DNA of 64,000 nt. It comes from Candidatus Parcubacteria bacterium. GTDB taxonomy: Bacteria; Patescibacteriota; Patescibacteriia; Patescibacteriales; UBA12075. The stretch lies in NCBI GenBank assembly GCA_963814275.1, contig CAWFCE010000002.1:298537-362536 (forward strand), given 5' to 3'. Positions within the stretch are counted from its first letter, which is position 1. Each line of letters starts with the position of its first letter. A program made the position numbers and the translations under genes. Positions 53,232-64,000 of this stretch are shown here, piece after piece. The notes below the pieces were generated by a model, which was not told where the DNA came from, searched no databases, and saw only the letters and a list, made by a program, of their open reading frames with translations.

Positions 53232-54260
53232 ATGGACGATTCAAATGAAGACAGAATAATAGCCGGCCAGGAGGCGAATGGCGATAATCAGCTGGATATT
53301 ACGCTGCGGCCGAAGAAACTCGAAGAGTATATCGGCCAGGAGCAGGTCAAGGCCAATATCCGGATCGCGGTCGAAGCCGCCCGGAAGCGCGGCGAGCCGA
53401 TCGAGCATGTGCTGCTTTATGGCGCGCCCGGCCTGGGCAAGACTACCCTGGCCCATATTCTGGCCAATGAAATGGGCACCAATATCCGCGTAACCAGCGG
53501 GCCGGCGATCGAGAAGTCGGGCGATTTGGCGGCCATCCTAACCAACCTCGCCGAAGGGGATATTCTTTTTATCGACGAGATCCATCGCCTGAACAAAGCG
53601 ATCGAAGAAATTCTCTATCCGGCGATGGAGGACTATGCCCTGGACATCATCATCGGCAAGGGACCGAGCGCGCGGACCTTGCGCATCGATCTGCCGCGCT
53701 TTACGATCATCGGCGCGACCACCAAAATGAGCATCTTGTCGGCGCCGCTCCGGGACCGGTTCGGCCTGGTCCATCACCTGCGTTTTTACGAGCTTGATCA
53801 TATCGAGGAAATAATCCACCGCAGCGCCAGGATCCTCGGCATCGCGATCGATGACGATTCCTGCCGCAAGATCGCGACCCGCGCCCGTCGGACGCCGCGG
53901 GTGGCCAACCGCCTTTTGAAGCGCGTCCGCGATTACTGCGAGGTCAAAGGCGACGGCACGATCGGGGAAGTGCACTGCGACGGGGCGTTTACTATGCTTG
54001 ATGTCGATGAATTGGGACTGGACTGGATAGACCGCAAGATCCTGGAGCTGATCATCGACAAATTCAACGGCGGTCCGGTGGGCCTGAATACGATCGCGGC
54101 GGCCACCGGCGAAGATACGGCCACGATCGAAGAGGTGTATGAGCCTTATCTGATGCAGCTCGGTTTCCTGGACCGCAGCCCCCGCGGCCGGATCGCGACC
54201 GACAGCGCCTATCGGCATTTGGGGAAGAAGCCAAAAGACAACCAACGTAAATTGGTTTAA
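53232..54260 (+). CDS. ruvB: Holliday junction branch migration helicase RuvB
   Basis: [13 protein letters not shown], Walker [15 protein letters not shown], Walker [10 protein letters not shown], and GATT....L..PLRDRFG. Confidence 0.95.
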   Translation: MDDSNEDRIIAGQEANGDNQLDITLRPKKLEEYIGQEQVKANIRIAVEAARKRGEPIEHVLLYGAPGLGKTTLAHILANEMGTNIRVTSGPAIEKSGDLAAILTNLAEGDILFIDEIHRLNKAIEEILYPAMEDYALDIIIGKGPSARTLRIDLPRFTIIGATTKMSILSAPLRDRFGLVHHLRFYELDHIEEIIHRSARILGIAIDDDSCRKIATRARRTPRVANRLLKRVRDYCEVKGDGTIGEVHCDGAFTMLDVDELGLDWIDRKILELIIDKFNGGPVGLNTIAAATGEDTATIEEVYEPYLMQLGFLDRSPRGRIATDSAYRHLGKKPKDNQRKLV

Positions 54261-54340
54261 TTCCTAATATCTAAATTATAATTTCTAATGAAATTTAAAA
54301 ATATATTAGGAATTATAATTTATAATTTAGGAATTATTCA

Positions 54341-54598
54341 ATGACTTTCTCCTTGTCATTACTTCTCTACCCCTATCTCGCTTTTCTCGCGGTCTGGCTC
54401 TTCTTCATGCTGACCGGCGTTTATCATATGCTCAAGTTCGGTTTGAAAAGTGTCCTGACCGTAGTGATGACTATTTTGTTCGTCTTGGTCGGAGCAGGAT
54501 TGCTGTCGGTTTCACTCGGCTATATTTCGCAAATCGATTGGCAAAAACAAGTAAGTATTTTCGGCACTGGAAACAACAGCGTTGAAAATATGGAATAA
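54341..54598 (+). CDS. Small 2-3 TM membrane protein, unknown function
   Basis: 85 aa and strongly hydrophobic, with coding-like composition. Confidence 0.45.
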   Translation: MTFSLSLLLYPYLAFLAVWLFFMLTGVYHMLKFGLKSVLTVVMTILFVLVGAGLLSVSLGYISQIDWQKQVSIFGTGNNSVENME

Positions 54599-54754
54599 CG
54601 GCGATATTGAATTTATATTTAGTGATAAACAGCCTGCAATTCTCAGCGTAAAATCAACGTTGCAATCCGCGACCTATCTGCGGTGAAAGGGTTTTAGCCG
54701 GAAGAAGTACGGTAATCATATATCTTTATATTTGAATTTTTCAAATAATATTCT

Positions 54755-55312
54755 ATGTTTTTGATCGACCATCTGCCCAACCAACAACCGGGTGAAAAGA
54801 TAATCCGGATCATCCGTCGGGATTTGTTTATTTTGCTTAAAAAGATAATAATGTTCCTGGGTCTTTTTTTGCTCCCCTTGATACTGCTTTTCGTTATTAT
54901 CTCGGCTGAGCCGCAGTTCCTGATCGGGGAAATATCATTGCCGCTCCTGGTCCTGGGCACAAGCGCCTATTATCTTTTTATCTGGGCGTTTTTCTTTTTT
55001 TCTTTTATCGACTATTATCTGGACGTCTGGTTCATCACCGATGAGCGTATTATTGATATCCAGCAGCAGGGCTTCTTTTCCCGGGTAATAAGCGAGCAGA
55101 AATTGTTCCGCATTCAGGACGTAACGAGCGAGGTCAAGGGGATTTGGCCGACCGTGTTCGCTTTCGGCGACGTCTATGTCCAGACGGCGGGCACTAAAAC
55201 CCGCTTCCATTTCGACGACGTACCCAAGCCGGACGAAGTCCGCGACCTGATCATCAAATTGGCCGAAAAACGCCGCCACGAGGTGCAAACCGAAGAAGAC
55301 CGGGATAGTTGA
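54755..55312 (+). CDS. Membrane protein with a bacterial PH (bPH_2/YdbT-like) domain
   Basis: PGEKIIRIIRRDLFILL, two TM helices, then ...YLDVWFITDERIIDIQQQGFFSRVISEQKLFRIQDV. The stop codon lies inside the first 'gatagttga' word of the downstream repeat. Confidence 0.6.
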   Translation: MFLIDHLPNQQPGEKIIRIIRRDLFILLKKIIMFLGLFLLPLILLFVIISAEPQFLIGEISLPLLVLGTSAYYLFIWAFFFFSFIDYYLDVWFITDERIIDIQQQGFFSRVISEQKLFRIQDVTSEVKGIWPTVFAFGDVYVQTAGTKTRFHFDDVPKPDEVRDLIIKLAEKRRHEVQTEEDRDS

Positions 55313-55394
55313 GATAGTTGAGATAGTTGAGATTGTTGGGATGGTTGGGATGGTTGGGATAATCAAATTTAATCCCAACCATCCTAACAATCCC
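55304..55394. repeat. 9-nt-word hairpin (gttgagata / gttgggatg)
   Basis: gatagttgagatagttgagatagttgagattgttgggatggttgggatggttgggat, then aatcaaattt, then aatcccaaccatcctaacaatccc. Confidence 0.8.
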
Positions 55395-56531
55395 ATGAAG
55401 CTAAATGATTTCGATTACAATCTGCCCAAAGAGCTGATCGCTCAGGAGCCGATGAAACCGCGTGACCATTCGCGGCTTCTTTTGTTGGACAAAGAGTCGG
55501 GCGAGATCGAACACCGACATTTCAATGACCTGGCGGACTATTTGCGGGCCGGTGATGTTATCGTAATGAATAATTCCAAAGTGTTTCCCGCGCGTTTGAT
55601 CGGCCAGCGCGAAGGAAGCGGCGGGAAAGTGGAAGTGTTTTTATTGCGAAACCTCTCCCCCCATTCCCCTCTCCTAGCCAGCAGAAGGGGTGGTATAGAT
55701 AAAGGTGAGGTTTGGCAGTGTTTGGTGGGCGGACATCGGCGCAAAGAAGGTTTGGCGGTAGAGTTCGAAAATGGATTGGAAGCGGAAGTTACCAAAAACA
55801 ATCAGGATGGCACCTTTGATGTCCGGTTCAATGAAAGCGGAAAGGTGTTAATGGATATTGTGAATAAAATTGGACAAATGCCGTTGCCACCCTATATTAA
55901 ACGTAGGGGCATTGCGCGCAATGCCCGTACGGACGAGGCGAATTACCAAACTGTATATGCCGATGACAGTAAGGTCGGGTCAGTGGCGGCGCCGACTGCC
56001 GGTTTCCATTTTACTCCTGAACTGATCGATAAATTGCAGAAGAAAGGCGTCCAATTCGAATATATTACCCTGCATGTCGGCCTGGGCACGTTCGCGCCGG
56101 TTAAGACGGATGACATCACAAAACACAAAATGCACGCGGAATGGGTCGAAGTTGAAGGTAAATTGTTGGCGAGTATAGCCAAGGCAAAAAAAGAGGGCCG
56201 GAGGATAATTGCCGTTGGAACCACATCGGTTAGAACACTGGAATCAATATATAAAAAAATTCTCAGTATAAATTCTGAAACAATAAATAAAATCGAAAAT
56301 CGAAAATCGAAAATCGAAAATTACCAAGGTTGGGTGAATATTTTCATCTATCCGGGTTATGAATTCAGGATTGTCGACGCGATGATCACGAATTTCCATC
56401 TGCCCAAATCGACCCTGCTCATGCTGGTGAGCGCGTTTGCGGGAAAGGAAAATATTGACAAGGCCTATCAATCTGCTATAAAGAATGGATACCGATTTTT
56501 TTCTTACGGTGATGCTATGTTGGTATATTAA
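55395..56531 (+). CDS. queA: S-adenosylmethionine:tRNA ribosyltransferase-isomerase
   Basis: MKLNDFDYNLPKELIAQEP, PLPPYIKR, GSVAAPTAGFHFT, AVGTTSVRTLES, IFIYPGYEF, ITNFHLPKSTLLMLVSAF. A (cgaaaat)x4 tract lies at 56291-56321. Confidence 0.9.
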   Translation: MKLNDFDYNLPKELIAQEPMKPRDHSRLLLLDKESGEIEHRHFNDLADYLRAGDVIVMNNSKVFPARLIGQREGSGGKVEVFLLRNLSPHSPLLASRRGGIDKGEVWQCLVGGHRRKEGLAVEFENGLEAEVTKNNQDGTFDVRFNESGKVLMDIVNKIGQMPLPPYIKRRGIARNARTDEANYQTVYADDSKVGSVAAPTAGFHFTPELIDKLQKKGVQFEYITLHVGLGTFAPVKTDDITKHKMHAEWVEVEGKLLASIAKAKKEGRRIIAVGTTSVRTLESIYKKILSINSETINKIENRKSKIENYQGWVNIFIYPGYEFRIVDAMITNFHLPKSTLLMLVSAFAGKENIDKAYQSAIKNGYRFFSYGDAMLVY

Positions 56532-56554
56532 CAATAAAATTGGAAGGAGCGGCC

Positions 56555-56773
56555 ATGCAATGTGAAAACTGTGAGAAAGGCGATGGATTTATCCCTATAA
56601 AAGGGATGAGATTTAAGGGAACGTATTATGCCCCGTATATCGCATGCAATCATATGATAAAAAAGTGTCCGGTATGCGGCAAAATCTGGCTCGTATTCGA
56701 CGACCCTTCTACTGGAAAGACCAGGTGGGAAGAGGTAATCGACCCGCTGAATGATCTTGAAAAAATTCATTAG
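56555..56773 (+). CDS. Small zinc-ribbon-like protein (72 aa)
   Basis: MQCENCEKG...CPVCGKIW contains two CxxC pairs. The SD ggaaggag lies 5 nt upstream of the ATG at 56555. Confidence 0.5.
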   Translation: MQCENCEKGDGFIPIKGMRFKGTYYAPYIACNHMIKKCPVCGKIWLVFDDPSTGKTRWEEVIDPLNDLEKIH

Positions 56774-56949
56774 ACCGTCATATTTCCCACCAGGGCGGCG
56801 CCATATTGTAGGCACCGCCTTTATTTTTAAATACAAAAGTATATGCGATGCAATATTCCGATTTTATCTTAGCTTGACTTTTCATGCGCTTTTGTTTATA
56901 TTTAAGAATATAATTCGTAATTTAATAGTTACATAACCATCCTTATAGT

Positions 56950-57153
56950 ATGTCAGTACCATCAAAAAGAAGGACATCGGGCAAGGTCGGGCGGCGGCGG
57001 TCGCATCATGCTCTCAAAAAAGTAACTTTGACCAAATGTCCGCAATGCGGCCGGGCAGTCGCTCCGCATCATGCCTGCAGCTTTTGCGGCAATTACAAAG
57101 GCAAAACTGTTTTGAAGATCAAAACCAAAGAAAAAAAGAAAAAAGAAGGATAG
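56950..57153 (+). CDS. rpmF: 50S ribosomal protein L32
   Basis: MSVPSKRRTSGKVGRRRSHHALK...CPQCG...HHACSFCGNYKG. Confidence 0.9.
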   Translation: MSVPSKRRTSGKVGRRRSHHALKKVTLTKCPQCGRAVAPHHACSFCGNYKGKTVLKIKTKEKKKKEG

Positions 57154-57234
57154 CTCTTATCTTTCTTTTTTTTGTTAATTAAATATGAATTCAGCGTAAT
57201 CACGAATAAATTATTCGCCTATTCGCATTATATT

Positions 57235-57693
57235 ATGTCTAATCGTCATTTAGCCAGAACCATCGCCATGCAGGCTTTGTTTCTTTGGGATTTTAACGGC
57301 AAGCGGGAAAAAAGCCTGGAGCCGGTTGTGGAAGGAATATTTCTGAACTTCGCGCCGCAATTCGACGATCACGGATTCGTTTATGACGTGGTCAAGGGAG
57401 TATTGAATAACAGCGTGGCGATCGATGCCTATATTACCAAGTATGCCACCGAATGGCCGCTCGACCAGATCACGATCATTGACCGCAATATCCTGCGTAT
57501 CGGAGTTTACGAGCTGGTATTGGATGACGATATCCCGGCTAAAGTCGCGATCAATGAAGCGATTGAGATCGCCAAGGCCTTCGGCAGCGAGTCGTCCGGC
57601 AAGTTCGTCAATGGCGTATTGGGAGCGATCTACAAAGACATGTTGAAAGCGACCGGAGGCACCGAGGCCGAAGCGAATAATAGACCAAGCTAA
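57235..57693 (+). CDS. nusB: Transcription antitermination factor NusB
   Basis: [20 protein letters not shown]...[12 protein letters not shown]...[19 protein letters not shown]...KFVNGVL. Confidence 0.85.
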   Translation: MSNRHLARTIAMQALFLWDFNGKREKSLEPVVEGIFLNFAPQFDDHGFVYDVVKGVLNNSVAIDAYITKYATEWPLDQITIIDRNILRIGVYELVLDDDIPAKVAINEAIEIAKAFGSESSGKFVNGVLGAIYKDMLKATGGTEAEANNRPS

Positions 57694-57789
57694 TTGAAAT
57701 TAATATATGGTTATATGGTTATAAGGTTATATGGCCGCCGTAACTCGGTAGTCGATATAACAATATGACAATGTCACCATCCCGATCTT

Positions 57790-58482
57790 ATGCATGAAGT
57801 TCGCAGCTTAGCGAAACGGATTGGCGTCTCCTTTGACGACATCGATCTGCTCAGGCAAGCAGTAGTCCACCGTTCTTATTTGAACGAAAATCCCCAGTTT
57901 CCCCTGCCGCATAATGAACGTCTGGAATTTCTCGGCGACGCGGTATTGGAAATTATCGTAACCGAATATTTGTTCAAGCATTTTCCGGAAACACCGGAAG
58001 GTGATCTGACCAATTGGCGGGCCAGCCTGGTCAATTCCAAGATGCTGTCGATAATAGCGAATGAGATCGGCCTAGAAGATTACTTGTATCTATCGAAAGG
58101 GGAAGCGAAAGACAGCAACACCAAGGCCAGGCAGTATATTCTGGCGAACGCGGTCGAAGCGCTTATTGGCGCAATTTATCTCGACCAGGGGATAAAGGTG
58201 TCTAAAAAATTCGTCAAAACCAATATAATAGATAAGCTCGAATATATACTGGAAAACCAACTATATCTTGATCCAAAATCCAAATTCCAGGAAAAAGCCC
58301 AGGAAATATACAAGATAACCCCGCATTACAAAGTGCTGTCCGAAGTCGGACCGGACCATGCGAAAGTTTTCGAGGTCGGATTATATTTGAATGACAGATT
58401 GGTCAGCCGGGGCAAGGGTTCGAGCAAACAGGAGGCGCAGGTCAAGGCGGCGGATAAGGGATTGAAGAAAATGGAATGGTGA
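57790..58482 (+). CDS. rnc: Ribonuclease III
   Basis: Signature NERLEFLGDAVLE, followed by the C-terminal dsRBD (KSKFQEKAQE...GKGSSKQEAQVKAA). Confidence 0.9.
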   Translation: MHEVRSLAKRIGVSFDDIDLLRQAVVHRSYLNENPQFPLPHNERLEFLGDAVLEIIVTEYLFKHFPETPEGDLTNWRASLVNSKMLSIIANEIGLEDYLYLSKGEAKDSNTKARQYILANAVEALIGAIYLDQGIKVSKKFVKTNIIDKLEYILENQLYLDPKSKFQEKAQEIYKITPHYKVLSEVGPDHAKVFEVGLYLNDRLVSRGKGSSKQEAQVKAADKGLKKMEW

Positions 58483-58797
58483 GGCGAATGTCGAATGACG
58501 AATTTCAAATGACAAATAATTTTTGATCTCATGGAAGTCCGAAAATAGTTCGGGCTTCTTTTTGTTTAGGCGGAAATATGTTAAAATAAATAAAGACAGC
58601 TATTATTGTATTGTGATTATCTTAATATTAAGTAAAAGAATTGAGAAATTGTTTTATCAGTGTTTAATCCGCGTAGTAATCCGCGCTTGCCTGCCTGCCG
58701 GCAGGCAGGTAAGATCTGCGGTGAATAGGCTAGTATATAGAAAATACGCGTATTGAAGCATAAGGGATATTCGACGTTTCTCGTTCAGAATAATACT

Positions 58798-59850
58798 ATG
58801 ACGATTAAGGAACTTCTTAAATTTGCCAGTGAAAAAAAGGCTTCCGACCTTCATCTTGTCGTTGATTTACCCCCGGCGATCAGGATTGACGGCGACCTAT
58901 CGTTCATCGAAGGAAAAGATCCGATCAATAAGAAGGATATGGAACAAATGGTCGCTACCCTCTTGGATGCGAAACAATTGGAAAGATTCAAGACCAGCCG
59001 CGAACTTGATTTCGGCTTCGAGATGGATGGGTACCGCTATCGCGTCAATCTGCTTTTTGAGCGCGGCAATATGGGCCTGGTGGCCCGCGTCATATCCGGA
59101 CAGATCCCGAATCTGGATGAGATCAACATGCCGAAAGTCGTGTATAATCTCCTGGACCTGAAACAGGGCTTGATCCTTCTGACCGGTCCGACCGGCTGCG
59201 GTAAATCCACTTCTCTGGCGGCAATGATCGACTATATCAACAATAACCGATTTTGCCATATTATCACCCTGGAAGATCCGATCGAGTATGTGTTCAAGCC
59301 GAAAAAAAGCATGATCATCCAGCGTCAACTTGGAGCGGATATGCTGTCTTTTGCCGAAGGGTTGAAACACGCCTTGCGCCAGGATCCGAACGTCATTATG
59401 GTGGGTGAAATGCGCGACCTGGAAACGATCGCAACCACTATTACCCTGGCCGAAACCGGGCATTTGGTATTGGCTACCCTGCATACATATAATGCCGCCC
59501 AGACGATCGATCGTATCATCGATATATTCCCACCCCACCAGCAGAATCAGGTACGCCAGCAATTGTCGATGACTCTGGCAGGAGTAATTTCCCAGCGTTT
59601 GCTGGCCAAGGTCGGCGGTAGCCGGGTGGCAACCAGAGAGATCATGATCAACACGCCGGCGGTCGCCAATCTGGTCCGGGAAGGGAAGATTACCCAGATA
59701 AAAACCATTATCGAAACAAGCTCGAAAGAGGGTATGGTGTCGATGGATCAGGATATCCAGCGGCTGTTCAAGGAAAAAGAAATCGATAAAGATACGGCCC
59801 AGGGGCAGATGGACAATCCGGAACTTTTGGATAAATTCAAGCTGATTTAG
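58798..59850 (+). CDS. pilT: PilT-family type IV pilus retraction ATPase
   Basis: ASDLHL, Walker A GPTGCGKSTSLAAMI, the Asp box ITLEDPIE, Walker B IMVGEMRD, and the His box GHLVLATLHT. Confidence 0.85.
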   Translation: MTIKELLKFASEKKASDLHLVVDLPPAIRIDGDLSFIEGKDPINKKDMEQMVATLLDAKQLERFKTSRELDFGFEMDGYRYRVNLLFERGNMGLVARVISGQIPNLDEINMPKVVYNLLDLKQGLILLTGPTGCGKSTSLAAMIDYINNNRFCHIITLEDPIEYVFKPKKSMIIQRQLGADMLSFAEGLKHALRQDPNVIMVGEMRDLETIATTITLAETGHLVLATLHTYNAAQTIDRIIDIFPPHQQNQVRQQLSMTLAGVISQRLLAKVGGSRVATREIMINTPAVANLVREGKITQIKTIIETSSKEGMVSMDQDIQRLFKEKEIDKDTAQGQMDNPELLDKFKLI

Positions 59851-60092
59851 ATGGTGGATAGCAGAAGGCAGTTAACAGACGATAGAAATTAGTTGATGCA
59901 TAAATATTTTTCAAATCGTTTTGGATTTATTGAAGGAGTGTGGAGAAATTGTTAATATGTATTTTAAATTAAAGTATTATTATAAACGGGCAATAACAAT
60001 TGAATTGTTGTAAAATAATTTTTACTAGTTTTAGTTATTTTTTTAATAAATTTCTGATATCCGCTATCTGTTATTTGTTATCTGCCAAATTC

Positions 60093-60120
60093 TTGACATA
60101 TTCCCAAAATCCTGTATAAT
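60093..60120 (+). promoter_or_regulatory. Consensus sigma70 promoter upstream of 23S rRNA
   Basis: TTGACA (60093-98), a 16-nt spacer, then TATAAT (60115-20), ~430 nt upstream of the mature 23S 5' end. Confidence 0.55.
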
Positions 60121-60544
60121 GATAATTACCAAATAAAGACAAAATTAATAGTAATCATCTTTTATGAGTTACTCCATAACTACTAAATGCAAAAGCGGTT
60201 GATGCACTAGCTGGTTTAAAGTGTGGTCAAACCGCTTTAAAGCGGTTTTTTGTTTCAAATCTGGCTTAGTCCTTTCAATTAAAGAGAAAAACGGTCCAAT
60301 CGAATTCAGGAATCTATTAATCAACTCGGATGCTGTGAAAACAAATTCGGAGCATCCGGATATAGTTCGTAGATTCGGATTATGAGTTGAACTTTAACAA
60401 TTCAATATAGTCCGCAGTTCCCGACAGAACTGCGGACAATTAAGAGCATCAAACCATCCGGCATCGCAATGCCGGATAATCGAAGAGTCCGTTCATAGAG
60501 CGATCTATGGACAAAAACGTTTTTGAAACCAAAAACGTGGGAAA

Positions 60545-64000
<3,456 letters not shown>

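Overview
This 64-kb window looks like a small-genome, CPR/Patescibacteria-type bacterium. That placement is an inference from content, not a search result. Three things support it: the 16S and 23S rRNA genes are unlinked and full of hairpin insertions, there are many VirB2/TrbC-like mini-pilins, and the housekeeping operons are streamlined.

Housekeeping genes:
- ymdB-rny, clpP, infB-rbfA plus a DHH phosphoesterase, truB
- dksA-like, lspA, tsaE, rplS
- trmD, a KH-domain protein and rpsP
- two pseudouridine synthases, a DnaQ-like exonuclease, ruvB, queA, rpmF, nusB, rnc, pilT

Other content:
- A ~10-kb minus-strand envelope-glycan locus at 7.5-17.5 kb. It holds an FkbM methyltransferase, a sulfotransferase, an LPG-synthase-TM-like protein, GT4, a large GT-C-like protein, two GT2 genes and a frameshifted polytopic membrane protein.
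- Nine tandem VirB2/TrbC-like two-helix 'pilin' paralogs at 17.7-21.8 kb, arranged divergently to the glycan locus. Two more copies sit at 31.4 and 34.4 kb.
- A second glycan set (GT4, Wzx-like flippase, a clan GH-A hydrolase, a ROK kinase, GH1, an EamA-like protein and a Wzy_C/O-antigen-ligase-like protein).
- Ten intact tRNA genes.
- A 16S gene on the minus strand at 42.5-44.1 kb and a 23S gene on the plus strand from ~60.5 kb, which runs off the right edge.

Most unusual observations:
1. The pilin array has no secretion or assembly machinery anywhere in the window.
2. Five of the ten tRNA loci carry partial tRNA duplications. One is a 3 x 356-bp tandem cassette made of the tRNA-Ser 5' fragment, a GC-rich cloverleaf and a GIY-YIG nuclease gene. 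Two others are miniature inserts behind tRNA-Val and tRNA-Gly that share the end GGGGCTTCCGCCCC.
3. Homologous tripartite insertion modules occur in 16S V1 and in 23S. A pervasive family of heptamer-'word' hairpins fills intergenic spacers and rRNA variable helices, and the same words also sit in frame inside CDSs.
4. A 23S-IVS-type four-helix-bundle gene lies between protein genes, flanked by inverted word repeats.
5. Four genes are broken by single-nucleotide indels.

All calls come from reading the sequence and the ORF track. No database search was possible.
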